Source of the DNA: an uncultured Haloferula sp.
Lineage (GTDB): Bacteria; Verrucomicrobiota; Verrucomicrobiia; Verrucomicrobiales; Akkermansiaceae
Assembly: GCA_965652295.1 (NCBI GenBank)
Contig: CBFGTS010000004.1
Location: 192,001-256,000 of the forward strand
Direction of reading: 5' to 3'
Length of the DNA stretch: 64,000 nt
Positions 1 to 9,023 of this stretch are shown here, in pieces. Both the position numbers and the translations under genes were made by a program. Numbering within the stretch: position 1 is the stretch's first letter; each line of letters opens with the position of its first letter. Below the pieces are notes generated by a model. It ran no database searches, was not told where the DNA came from, and saw nothing but the letters and a program-made list of their open reading frames with translations.

Positions 1-1
1 T

Positions 2-994
2 GCAGTATTCGAGCACCGAGTAGTTGCAGGAGCTCTGGAAATTCGTGTGCGAGCCGTCGTAGTCGACCGCCATGCCACCGCCCATGTCGAGCACGCCCAT
101 GGGGGCGCCTTCCTTGACGAGATCGCAGTACATGCGGGTGACCTCGGTGGCGCCCTCGCGGATGGCGGCGATGTTCGGGATCTGGCTGCCTTGGTGGTAG
201 TGGAGCATTTTCAGGCACGCGAGGTAGCCGGCGTCCTTGAGGCGATCGACCACATCGATGACCTGGGCGGCGGAAAGTCCGAAGACCGATTTGTCGCCCG
301 CGCTTTCCTGCCAATGGCCGGAGCCGCGGGTGGAGAGGCGGACGCGGACGCCGAGGTTGGGCAGCACGCCGAGCTTGCGGGAGCGCTCGAGTACAAGGTC
401 GAGCTCGGAGGGCATTTCCAGCACCAGCATGACCTTCAAGCCCATCTTCTGGGCGTGCAGGGCAAGGTCGATGAACTCCTCGTCCTTGTAGCCGTTGCAG
501 ATGATGTAAGCCTGCGTGTCATGCATGTGGGAGAGCGCGGCGATCAGCTCGGGCTTCGAGCCTGCTTCGAGGCCGTAGTGGTATCTTTTGCCGAACTCGG
601 CGATTTCCTCGATGACCTGGCGCTGTTGGTTGACCTTGATCGGGTAAACGCCGCGGTATTCGCCCTTGTAGCCGGTGTTCTTGATGGCCTCGCGGAAGGA
701 CTCGTTCAGCTCGGCGATCCGGGAGTGGAGCAGATCGCGAAAGCGCAGCAGCACGGGCAGCGCGGTGCCGCGGTCGCGCAGGCCCTCGACGACGTCGTGG
801 AGGGAAACCTCGCAGGTTTCCTTCGAGTCCTCGTCCTTCGGCAAACGGACGGTCGTGTGACCCTTCTTGTTGACGCCGAAGAAGCCGTGGCCCCAGGCAT
901 CCACGCCATAGAGCTCGGCGGATTGCTCGGGCGACCAGGCGTTCTTGTCTTTCTTCGGCTTCGATGCGGTGGCGCGGGAAGGCGGCGGAACCAT
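2..994 (-). CDS. speA: Biosynthetic arginine decarboxylase (5' part; runs off window start)
   Basis: Not in the ORF track; translated by hand from ATG at 994: MVPPPSRATAS...AWSPEQSAELYGVDAWGHGFF...YRGVYPIKVNQQRQV...GLEAGSKPEL...ICNGYKD...HYHQGSQIPNI...DMGGGMAVDYDGSHTNFQSSCNYS. These are SpeA signature motifs including the PLP lysine YPIKVN. Confidence 0.93.
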   Translation of the reverse strand, partial: MVPPPSRATASKPKKDKNAWSPEQSAELYGVDAWGHGFFGVNKKGHTTVRLPKDEDSKETCEVSLHDVVEGLRDRGTALPVLLRFRDLLHSRIAELNESFREAIKNTGYKGEYRGVYPIKVNQQRQVIEEIAEFGKRYHYGLEAGSKPELIAALSHMHDTQAYIICNGYKDEEFIDLALHAQKMGLKVMLVLEMPSELDLVLERSRKLGVLPNLGVRVRLSTRGSGHWQESAGDKSVFGLSAAQVIDVVDRLKDAGYLACLKMLHYHQGSQIPNIAAIREGATEVTRMYCDLVKEGAPMGVLDMGGGMAVDYDGSHTNFQSSCNYSVLEYC

Positions 995-1088
995 GGCGGG
1001 AAGAAAGGGGTTTTTCCGGGAATTGAAAGGGAAATGGCCACCCACCTCCAGATTGGCAGGTGCCGGGCTCCGCGGATTTCCCCCCCGG

Positions 1089-1814
1089 TCACTCCTCTGG
1101 ATCGCCCGACGGCTTCATCGTGTGGAGAAACGCGATGATCTCCTGTGGCTCCGCGCGCTTGCGGTAGTCGGCGTCGAGGAACGCCCATTTCACGGTGCCG
1201 TCGGGGGCGATGATGTAGGTCGCGGCGAGCGGCAGGGTGCTGTTGCCTGCGTCAGCTCCGTTGAACGCGGTGAGGTCGAAAAAGCGGGCATACAGTTCGC
1301 GGACCTTCGGGGTGAGCTCGAAAGCGACGCCGTATTCCTTGGCCACCGCGTGGTTGAGGTCGGTGAGAACCTCGAAGCCGAGCCCGTTCTTCTCCTTGGT
1401 GGAAAGACTCTTGTCTGGCAGCTCGGGGGTCAGGGCGATCAAGCTTGCGCCTGCGGCCTCGATTTCCGGGAGCCTCTCCTGAAGGGCGGCGAGCGCGATG
1501 TTGCAGTAGGGACACCAGCCGCCGCGATACCAGGTCAGCACCACCGGGCCTTGTTCGAGTTCATCGGAAAGCCGCACTTCCTCGCCCTTCACGTTCTTCA
1601 GGGAAAAGTCCGGGGCCTTGTCGCCGACATTCACGGCCTTTTCGATGATGCCCGATTTGGCCACGGCTTCGATGCCCTTGGCGAATTCGGCGCGTACGGC
1701 CGGGTCGCCTTCGGCGGCGGCCTGCTTGGACCGGGCCTCAAGCCGCTCCGCCAGCGTGTCGGCATGGGCCAGCGAGGCAAGGGCGAGGGCGAACAAGGTG
1801 GGGAGGTGTTTCAT
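1089..1814 (-). CDS. Exported peroxiredoxin-like (AhpC/TSA family) protein
   Basis: Signal peptide MKHLPTLFALALASLAHA; GDKAPDFSL, YRGGWCPYC and PLAATYII motifs; start trimmed to ATG 1814. Confidence 0.85.
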   Translation of the reverse strand: MKHLPTLFALALASLAHADTLAERLEARSKQAAAEGDPAVRAEFAKGIEAVAKSGIIEKAVNVGDKAPDFSLKNVKGEEVRLSDELEQGPVVLTWYRGGWCPYCNIALAALQERLPEIEAAGASLIALTPELPDKSLSTKEKNGLGFEVLTDLNHAVAKEYGVAFELTPKVRELYARFFDLTAFNGADAGNSTLPLAATYIIAPDGTVKWAFLDADYRKRAEPQEIIAFLHTMKPSGDPEE

Positions 1815-1855
1815 GTCCGGGTGAGAGAGGGTGGGGACGTTCGAATTCCCGGAAT

Positions 1856-4156
1856 CTATTTCCCGCTGCTCTTCAGTTCCTCCGCTTTCCATGGCCGGCC
1901 TGCGCGGTCCTTGGTGGCGGCGCGTTCTTTGGCGACCAGATCGGGGGCAACGGCCGGGGCGCGGTTTTCCCACTCGTTGCGGATGTAGGTGGCGATGTCG
2001 GCGAGGCGTTGATCGGTCATCGCCGGGTTGAAGGACAAGCCGGGCATGTCGGTGGGCGGATGATAGGTTTCGCCGGCAACGGTGACGGGCCCGCTCATGC
2101 CGTGGAGGAGGATGCGGACGAGGACTTCGGGGGACTCGGTGACCCATTCGGATTCGTCGAGCGGTGGACCGAGATTAGGGAGTCCGGCACCATCGGCACC
2201 GTGGCAGCCGAAACAGGCGGCTTCGCCGAGGTAGAGCTCTTTACCGCGCTGGAAGGAGTCGAGGTGGGCACCGTGGAGGGCCGGGCCTTGGGTCTTCGGC
2301 TTGGCCTGGCGCGTCCCGTCTTCGAGCCAGCCGATGAGTTCCTTGTCGTGGGACCTCTGGAGTTCCGCATCGATGAATGCCTGTTCGTGATGGTCGAGCC
2401 CGGAAACGGCGGCTTCGCGCACGAAGCGGAGGTTCTTTTTCTCCACCAGATCTCCCAGAGCGGCGAAGGCGCGGGGGTCTCCGCTGGCACCGAGGGTGCG
2501 CGCGAGGTAGGGCAGGACGGAGTCGTCAAAGCGGAGTTGGATGAGTCCGGAGATGAGGGTGGCCAGCTCGGTGGGTACCAGACGGGTGGCGGCCCAGAGG
2601 GCGGTGGCTTGCAGCTCGGGCTCGCCGGATTTCAGGGCGGGGATGAGGTGGCGGGGTTCCAGCACGCCGAGACCTTCGAGGGTCCAGATGGCGTGGGCGC
2701 GGGCGAGGATCGGTCCGGCCTCGGTGAGCTTTTCAAGGAAGGGAATGACCGCAGGGTCGGCGCGGTCGACCATCAGACGTTGGGCGGTTTCCCGGTGCCA
2801 CGCGTTCTCGTGCATGAGCATTTTCACCAGGGGGAGCGGCTCAAGCGCGGCGAGATCGACCGGCGGTTCGAGTTTTCCACGGGTGGAGCGGAGGCGGTAG
2901 ACGCGGCCGTGGCCGTAACCGGGCTTGTCGAGATCGCGCGAGAGCACCTGCTCGCGCAGGTAGCTGGTCATGTAGGTCTTGTGCTGGACGATGCCGTGGT
3001 AGAGGTCGAGCACGAGCAGCGAGCCATCGGGCGCGTTGTAGACGTTGACCGGACGGAAGCGTTCGTCGGTGGAGGCGAGCACTTCGTTTTTGCCGAGCGG
3101 ATGGGAGCCTTCGAGTTCGCCGTCCTTGCGCTCGATGTGGATGGCTTTGACGAGATTCACGCTGGGTTCGCAGACGAAGGCGGTGTTCTGCCAGGAGGAC
3201 GGGAGGTTGGTGCCGCGGTAGATGGCGATGCCTCCGGCGGCGGTGCAGTGGATGAGTTTGTCGGTCCGTGGATCGAGCATCTGCTCGGAGTAGCCGTTGC
3301 GGCGGTCCATGTAGGCGCGGTTGACGCCGGGGGTGACGCGGATCGGCCAGACTTCATTGCTGCCGACCTGGGTGAAATCCTTGGCCTTCATTTTCACGCC
3401 GGGATTTCCCATCAGGAGGTTGGGAGCGAGCAGATCGCCGAAGAGGAAGGTGGAGTTGTTGTTGTGGTAAAGACGGCCCCAGTCGTCGCGGGCGATGCCC
3501 CACTGGCCGCGGAAGGCGGTGGGTTCGATCTTCCACTCACCGCCGACGCGGCGGATGCGTTTGTCGGATTTGGCGAGGTAGATCCAGTTGTCGAGGTTGC
3601 GCAGCAGACCGTTGGGCTTGTGCTCGACGTTTCCCCCGGAGGCGAAGCGGGCGTCGATGATCTCCGGAACTCCGACCGGTTTGTCACCGTCGCGCTTCAC
3701 CCAGCAGAGGCGGTTTTCATCGATGAAAAGAACGCCGTCTGGAAAGACGCTGAGGGCGCGCGGAAGCAAAAGCTCGTCGAGGAAGACGGTGCGCTTATCG
3801 GTCAGACCGTCGCCGTTGGTGTCTTCGAGGATGACGATCTTGCCCTTGGGGTCGGATTCAAGCTTGCCATCGACGTCCGGCATGAAGCCGGTCATCTCGC
3901 AGACCCACATCCGTCCGCTGGGATCGAAATCGAGGCAGACGGGTTTTTCCACCAGGGGCTCGGTGGCTACGGGCTCGATGGCGAGACCGGAGGCGACCTC
4001 GAAGCTGCGCAGCGCGGCGGGAGGATCGAGCACGGGAGCCGGCGGGATCTTGCTCTCGGGGACGACGGGCGACATGTTGTCGTGCCCGCCGCGATCGCCT
4101 TGCTGGGCGGCGAGAGGGAGGGAAAGGGTGAGGACCAGGAGGGTCGGGAGGCGCAT
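1856..4156 (-). CDS. PVC-type heme-binding CxxCH protein (beta-propeller dehydrogenase-like domain, HEAT-like repeats, C-terminal cytochrome c)
   Basis: Signal peptide MRLPTLLVLTLSLPLAA; EPLVEKPVCLDFDPSGRMWVCEM, EDTNGDG, FRPVN..APDGSL, GRVYR; C-terminal CFGCH and distal Met (MPGL). Confidence 0.85.
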   Translation of the reverse strand: MRLPTLLVLTLSLPLAAQQGDRGGHDNMSPVVPESKIPPAPVLDPPAALRSFEVASGLAIEPVATEPLVEKPVCLDFDPSGRMWVCEMTGFMPDVDGKLESDPKGKIVILEDTNGDGLTDKRTVFLDELLLPRALSVFPDGVLFIDENRLCWVKRDGDKPVGVPEIIDARFASGGNVEHKPNGLLRNLDNWIYLAKSDKRIRRVGGEWKIEPTAFRGQWGIARDDWGRLYHNNNSTFLFGDLLAPNLLMGNPGVKMKAKDFTQVGSNEVWPIRVTPGVNRAYMDRRNGYSEQMLDPRTDKLIHCTAAGGIAIYRGTNLPSSWQNTAFVCEPSVNLVKAIHIERKDGELEGSHPLGKNEVLASTDERFRPVNVYNAPDGSLLVLDLYHGIVQHKTYMTSYLREQVLSRDLDKPGYGHGRVYRLRSTRGKLEPPVDLAALEPLPLVKMLMHENAWHRETAQRLMVDRADPAVIPFLEKLTEAGPILARAHAIWTLEGLGVLEPRHLIPALKSGEPELQATALWAATRLVPTELATLISGLIQLRFDDSVLPYLARTLGASGDPRAFAALGDLVEKKNLRFVREAAVSGLDHHEQAFIDAELQRSHDKELIGWLEDGTRQAKPKTQGPALHGAHLDSFQRGKELYLGEAACFGCHGADGAGLPNLGPPLDESEWVTESPEVLVRILLHGMSGPVTVAGETYHPPTDMPGLSFNPAMTDQRLADIATYIRNEWENRAPAVAPDLVAKERAATKDRAGRPWKAEELKSSGK

Positions 4157-4342
4157 GGGCTGTGTTACGAGGGTGGGGCGGAAATCTTTGCGGATGGGCG
4201 GAATTTGTCGGACAAGTTGGCGGTTTTGTCGACGGGGATGGGTCCGCAAGCCGGGGTGTGGCTGGCTGCCCGACGCGCATGCGAGGCAGAGGGGGAGGAG
4301 CTTGTGAGGGGAATCCCGGGCGGCTGGAAGCCGCAGCACGGG

Positions 4343-5575
4343 TCAGCTCAAACGGTTGCGGAAGTCCTCGTAGTGGAACTCGCGGATGGTTTCGAGGCGG
4401 CCGTCTTCGTGCTGGAGGACGATGGAGGGGTGGGGGACGCCGTTGAAGGTCGTCGTTTTCACCATGGTGTAGTGAGCCATGTCGTCGAAGACGAGCACGT
4501 CGCCGGGGATGAGTTCCCGGGGAAAGGCGTAGTCGCCGATGACGTCGCCGGCGAGGCAGGTGGGGCCGCCGAGGCGGTAGACGAACGCGGAGTGCGGAGC
4601 GCGGAGTGCGGAATGGTCCGGGTCGGAAGTCGGGAGGTAGGTTTCGCCTTCAAGGGTGACGGCGGGTTGCAGAGAGTCGCCGCTCCCCGCTCCCCGCTCC
4701 CCGCTCCCCGCTAGAAAAACGTCGGGGCGGTAGGGCATTTCGAGGACGTCGGGCATGTGGGCGGTGCCGGAGACGTCGAGGATGGCGAGGCGATGGCCGG
4801 CGCTTTCGAAGACATCGATGACCTCGCTGCGCAGCACGCCGGTGTGGATGGCGGCGGCTTCGCCGGGTTCGAGCCAGACTTCGACCTGATATTTCTCCTT
4901 CGCCTCACGGACGAGGCGGATGAGGAGCTCCCGGCCGTAGCCGGGCTTGGTGATCCAGTGGCCGCCGCCCATGTTGAGGTAGGTGAACTGCGGGGATCGT
5001 AGTAGATGACCGAACTTGTCGTCGACGGCGGTGAGGGTGCTCTCGAGATCCTCCGAACCTTGTTCGCAGAGGGTGTGGAAATGCAGGCCGCTGAGGCCGG
5101 TGAGGTCGGCGCCTTCGAGCTGATCGGCGGTGATGCCGAGTCGCGATCCGGACACGCAGGGATCGTAGAGCGGAGTCGAACCGGTGGAGTGCTGGGGGTT
5201 GATGCGCAGGCCGCAGTGGAGTTCACCCGATTGGTAGCGCGGGTGGACCATGATGGTTTCGCGGAAGCGGAACCACTGGGATAGCGAGTTGAAGTCGAGG
5301 TGGGTGGTAAACTCCAACAGGGCCTCGATTTCCGCCGCGGTGTAGCCGGGCGAGTAGGTGATGACGGTTTTCCCGAAATGCTCGTAGGCGAGACGGGCTT
5401 CCCACAGACCGGAGGCGCAGCAGCCGTCGAGGTCGTCGCGGATGAAGGGGAAGGCCTTCCAGCAGGAGAAACCCTTGAGCGCGAGCACCAGCTTGCAGCC
5501 GGCGGCTTCCTTGACCTCGCGGAGGATGGCGGCGTTGCGCTTCAGCGCGGCGATGGAAATGACGTAGCTGGCCAC
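4343..5575 (-). CDS. nspC: Carboxynorspermidine/carboxyspermidine decarboxylase
   Basis: LALKGFS, CASGLWEARL, GLRINP..S....LYDPC..GSRLG, GLHFHTLCEQ, NMGGGHWIT, EPGEA, AHMPDVLEMPYRP, CLAGD, HYTMVKTTTFNGV; GTG start. Confidence 0.93.
   Translation of the reverse strand: MASYVISIAALKRNAAILREVKEAAGCKLVLALKGFSCWKAFPFIRDDLDGCCASGLWEARLAYEHFGKTVITYSPGYTAAEIEALLEFTTHLDFNSLSQWFRFRETIMVHPRYQSGELHCGLRINPQHSTGSTPLYDPCVSGSRLGITADQLEGADLTGLSGLHFHTLCEQGSEDLESTLTAVDDKFGHLLRSPQFTYLNMGGGHWITKPGYGRELLIRLVREAKEKYQVEVWLEPGEAAAIHTGVLRSEVIDVFESAGHRLAILDVSGTAHMPDVLEMPYRPDVFLAGSGERGAGSGDSLQPAVTLEGETYLPTSDPDHSALRAPHSAFVYRLGGPTCLAGDVIGDYAFPRELIPGDVLVFDDMAHYTMVKTTTFNGVPHPSIVLQHEDGRLETIREFHYEDFRNRLS
4587..4712. repeat. 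Pair of oppositely oriented 7-nt tandem arrays inside nspC
   Basis: GCGGAGT-GCGGAGC-GCGGAGT-GCGGAAT at 4587-4614 and (CGCTCCC)x4 at 4681-4708; units are near reverse complements (GCGGAGY vs GGGGAGC). Confidence 0.85.
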
Positions 5576-5586
5576 GCAGGGGATTT

Positions 5587-5620
5587 AACCGCGAATCGGC
5601 GCGAATGAACGCGAATGTTC
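5587..5620. repeat. 10-nt periodic micro-array
   Basis: AACC-GCGAATCGGC-GCGAATGAAC-GCGAATGTTC; same architecture as AACCGCAGATGAACGCAGAT at 36988. Confidence 0.75.
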
Positions 5621-5701
5621 GGGAAATGTGGTCTTTTGGCCGGCGGGTGTGGGGTGGGAGAAATGGATCGACCTGTGAAGAGAAGCACCGTATTTGGAGT
5701 C

Positions 5702-5932
5702 ATGGAAAATGCTCCAGTGGACGGCATGATGCCTCTCTTGTTGCTGATCGTGTGCGTGCTGGTCGGTCTGGTCGTGGTGAGCTTGTGGGTTTGGTCGCTG
5801 ATCCACTGCATCCGGAACCGCTACCTCAACGATACCAACCGCCTGATCGGAATCCTGCTGATCGTGCTGCTCGGCATCATCGGCAGCTTGATCTACCTGT
5901 TCCTGCCGAGGGAAAGCGAGCCGCAGAGGTAG
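5702..5932 (+). CDS. Small membrane protein, PLDc_N-like (two/three TM helices)
   Basis: GGAG upstream of ATG 5702; LWVWSLIHCIRN...RLIGILLIVLLGIIGSLIYLF matches the PLDc_N pattern. Confidence 0.7.
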   Translation: MENAPVDGMMPLLLLIVCVLVGLVVVSLWVWSLIHCIRNRYLNDTNRLIGILLIVLLGIIGSLIYLFLPRESEPQR

Positions 5933-5936
5933 GCGT

Positions 5937-6079
5937 GGAGTGCTCCGGCATGACGGAGCTTTGGGGTGGGGTTGGAGTCGCCGGGTGAGCTGGTTCGGAG
6001 CCGACATGTCGGCTCCGGGGAGGCGGTCACGAACGACGAGCGACTCGGAAGGGAAAGCTCCGACGTGTCGGAGCAGTCC
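5937..6079. repeat. Composite REP/REPIN-like palindrome between convergent genes
   Basis: GGAGTGCTCCGGCATGACGGAGCTTT (5937-5962) and inverted partner AAAGCTCCGACGTGTCGGAGCAGTCC (6054-6079); GAGTCGC/GCGACTC inner arms; perfect 22-nt palindrome CGGAGCCGACATGTCGGCTCCG at centre (5996-6017). Confidence 0.85.
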
Positions 6080-6093
6080 GAAGGACCTGCCGA

Positions 6094-7317
6094 TCACGCC
6101 ACCTGGAACGCGGCGGCCTGCTCGGGCGTCAGCTCGACGCACTGCCATGGCAGGCCGTGCTCGTTGAGGTCGGTCATGAAGGAATCCGGGTCGTGCTGTT
6201 CGATGTTCCAGACGCCGTCCTTGCGCCACTGGCCTTCGAGCATCTGCTTGGCTCCGATCATCGCCGGGACGCCGGTGGTGTAGGAAATGGCCTGGCTACC
6301 GACTTCCTCGAAGCACTTCTCGTGATCGCAGATGTTGTAGATGTACACCGCCTTGGGCTGACCGTTCTTGATGCCGGTGATGACGTTGCCGATGCAGGTG
6401 CGGCCCTTGGTGCGCTCGCCGAGGTCGCCGGGGTTCGGAAGCACGGCTTTCAGGAATTGCAGCGGGATGATTTCCTGGCCGTTGTAAACGACGGGGTCGA
6501 TGCGGGTCATGCCGACGTTCTGCAGCACTTCGAGGTGCTTCAGGTAGTTCGGTGAGAAACTCATCCAGAACTGGGCGCGCTGGATCGTCGGGATGTGTTT
6601 CACGAGCGACTCCAGTTCCTCGTGGTACATCCGATAGATCTCGTAGGTCCCGACCTCGTCCGGGCAAGTGAAGCTCTGGTGCTGCGACATCGGCGCGGTT
6701 TCGACGAATTTTCCGTCCTCCCAGTGGCGGCACTCGGCGGTCACCTCGCGGATGTTGATCTCCGGATTGAAATTGGTGGCGAAGGCGTGGCCGTGGTCGC
6801 CACCGTTCACATCGATGATGTCGAGGGTGTGGATTTCATCGAAATGGTGCTTCAGCGCCCAGGCGGTGAAGACATTGGTGACGCCGGGGTCGAAACCGGA
6901 GCCGAGCAGGGCGGAGCGGCCGGCATCCTTGAAGCGGTCCTGATAGGCCCATTGCCAGGAGTATTCGAACTTGGCGACGTCCTTGGGCTCGTAGTTGGCG
7001 GTGTCGAGGTAGTCGCAGCCGGCCTCAAGGCAGGCGTCCATGAGGGCGAGGTCCTGGTAGGGGAGGGCGACGTTGATGAGGAGCTTGGCGCCGGTGGAGC
7101 GGATCAGGGCGGCGGTCTCGGCGACGTTGTCGGCATCGACCTGCGCGGTGGCGATCTCGCGGCCGGTGCGGGCTTTCACGTCGGCGGCGATCGCGTCGCA
7201 CTTCGAGACGGTGCGGGAAGCGAGGGTGATTTCCCCGAAAACCTCGGGCACCATGGCGCATTTGTGGGCGACGACGTTGCCGACGCCTCCGGCGCCGATG
7301 ATCAGGACCTTGTTCAT
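6094..7317 (-). CDS. Saccharopine dehydrogenase family protein, probable carboxy(nor)spermidine dehydrogenase
   Basis: Rossmann IIGAGGVG, INVALPYQDL, YLDTANYEP, GSGFDPGVT, ATNFNPEINIRE, SQAISYTTGVPA; adjacent to nspC. Confidence 0.92.
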   Translation of the reverse strand: MNKVLIIGAGGVGNVVAHKCAMVPEVFGEITLASRTVSKCDAIAADVKARTGREIATAQVDADNVAETAALIRSTGAKLLINVALPYQDLALMDACLEAGCDYLDTANYEPKDVAKFEYSWQWAYQDRFKDAGRSALLGSGFDPGVTNVFTAWALKHHFDEIHTLDIIDVNGGDHGHAFATNFNPEINIREVTAECRHWEDGKFVETAPMSQHQSFTCPDEVGTYEIYRMYHEELESLVKHIPTIQRAQFWMSFSPNYLKHLEVLQNVGMTRIDPVVYNGQEIIPLQFLKAVLPNPGDLGERTKGRTCIGNVITGIKNGQPKAVYIYNICDHEKCFEEVGSQAISYTTGVPAMIGAKQMLEGQWRKDGVWNIEQHDPDSFMTDLNEHGLPWQCVELTPEQAAAFQVA

Positions 7318-7625
7318 GATGGGCGGGAGTTAGCGGCGGAAAGGCGGTCTGCCAAGGGGAAGGTGAGGCGGTCTTCCCGGAAACAGGGAGCTGGACGGGG
7401 CGGGATCACGAGGATGGGCAGGATGGATTTCGGACCGGGCGAGGCATTTCTCCACGCCATTCCTTCCCGATTCCGTCCCATTCTATCCCGCAACGCTCCT
7501 TCCCCGAAGGATTCTCCCAATCGATCTTTTGCGTCCTCCGGAGGTGAAGATTTTTGCGACAACTTTGGATTCCCGCGGGTTTGATTCCAGCATAAGGGTC
7601 CTCGCGACTTCTGAATCCTGAATCC

Positions 7626-8066
7626 ATGAAAATTCCCCTTCAACCCCGCCGTCGCCGCGCCGCTGGTTTCTCGCTTCTCGAAATGGTCATCGTGCTCGGC
7701 ATCATCGCCGTGATCATCGGTGGCGCGATCACCGTCATGGGCAAGGTGGGCGAAGGCGCGAAGCGGACACAGGTCAGCAGCGACTTCAATTCAATTGGTG
7801 CGGCGCTGCGGATGTATCAGACGAACAACGGCCGTTTCCCGACCACCCAGCAGGGGCTGGACGCATTGGTCAACAAGCCGTCGAGCACACCGGTGCCGAA
7901 GCGCTGGGTGAAGCTGATGGACCGGGTGCCGACCGATCCGTGGCAAACCCCCTACGGTTACAAGTTCCCGGGCTCGGTGGACAACACGACCTTCGAGCTG
8001 ATCAGCGCGGGGCCCGACATGCAGAAGGACACCGAGGATGATATCAGCAGCCAGAAAGACGAGTGA
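7626..8066 (+). CDS. gspG: Type II secretion major pseudopilin
   Basis: Prepilin site G|FSLLEMVIV; Y...NGRFPTTQQGLDALV..P, DPWQTPYGY, ISAGPD...TEDDI. Confidence 0.93.
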   Translation: MKIPLQPRRRRAAGFSLLEMVIVLGIIAVIIGGAITVMGKVGEGAKRTQVSSDFNSIGAALRMYQTNNGRFPTTQQGLDALVNKPSSTPVPKRWVKLMDRVPTDPWQTPYGYKFPGSVDNTTFELISAGPDMQKDTEDDISSQKDE

Positions 8067-8601
8067 TCGTCGGCCCGCGGGCTTCACCCTGCTTGAGTTG
8101 GTGGTGGTCCTCGCGCTGGCGATGATGGTCATCAGCGGTGCCGCGGGGATGATGTATTTCAATCGCGACGAGGCGCGTCTCAACGACGCCATCGGCGAGG
8201 TCGAGATTCTCGCCAAACGCGCCCGCACGCTCGCCACACTCCAGCAGCGGCCCTACGCGCTGGAATTCACGCAAAACCAGGTGAACCTGCTGCCTTTCGC
8301 CCAGGCCCTCATCGAGCCCAACGACCGCGAGGGCGTGGTGGAAATGTCCGGCGACATCTCGCAGCCGCCGGTCACGGCGAGTTTTGCGGTCGAGGAGGAC
8401 TTCCGCCTGCTGGTCCGTCGCTGGGCCACGCGGTCCTGGGATCTTGTCGAGCGCCAGGACCGGCAGATCTGGCGTTTCGATCCGCAAGGGATCTGCGAGC
8501 CCGTGGGCGTGCGGCTGGAAATGGAGAACGGCAACTGGATCGCCGTGCTCTTCCACCCGCTGACCGCCTCGGTGACCGAAACCGAATCCGAAATCCGATG
8601 A
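8038..8601 (+). CDS. Minor pseudopilin, GspH-like
   Basis: G|FTLLELVVV prepilin motif; RFDPQG; position after gspG. Confidence 0.8.
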   Translation: MISAARKTSDRRPAGFTLLELVVVLALAMMVISGAAGMMYFNRDEARLNDAIGEVEILAKRARTLATLQQRPYALEFTQNQVNLLPFAQALIEPNDREGVVEMSGDISQPPVTASFAVEEDFRLLVRRWATRSWDLVERQDRQIWRFDPQGICEPVGVRLEMENGNWIAVLFHPLTASVTETESEIR

Positions 8602-9023
8602 GAAGCGTCCGCCAGCCGAACCGCCGTCGTGGCTTCCTCATGCTTGAGGTGGTCCTGGCGCTCGGGGTTTTCGCGATGGCGGCGACCGCCTTCGCCGTGG
8701 CGCTGGCGCGGACTTCGGATGCCGCTCAGCTGGCCCAGCGGCGGATGCAGATCAACCGCATCCTCGACAGCTCCCTGACCGCCGCGCTTTCGCTGCCGGT
8801 GCTGGAGGAGGGGTCATCGACGGTGGTTCTCGACGAGGAAATCGGAGGAGCCGAGGTGGAGGTGGATACGAAAATCGAACCTCTCGAAGAGCTTCAGAAT
8901 CAGGACGGGGAGTATCTCCAGCAAATGTTCCGCATCCAGGTCATTGCCCACTGGTTCGAGAACGGGGAGTGGCAGGAAGAAGCCGCGGAAACATGGCGCT
9001 ACGCGAGGATGTACCAGCCATGA
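8598..9023 (+). CDS. Minor pseudopilin, GspI-like
   Basis: G|FLMLEVVLALGVF; ATGA overlap with the previous gene. Confidence 0.8.
   Translation: MRSVRQPNRRRGFLMLEVVLALGVFAMAATAFAVALARTSDAAQLAQRRMQINRILDSSLTAALSLPVLEEGSSTVVLDEEIGGAEVEVDTKIEPLEELQNQDGEYLQQMFRIQVIAHWFENGEWQEEAAETWRYARMYQP

Noticed and set aside
47..1138. 363-aa plus-strand ORF
   Set aside because: Antisense shadow of speA, which has clear motifs on the minus strand.
2009..4714. 901-aa plus-strand ORF (and similar long ORFs at 12998-14968, 19779-21632, 27890-29509, 56560-57735)
   Set aside because: Antisense shadows of recognisable genes, expected in high-GC DNA; no motifs of their own.
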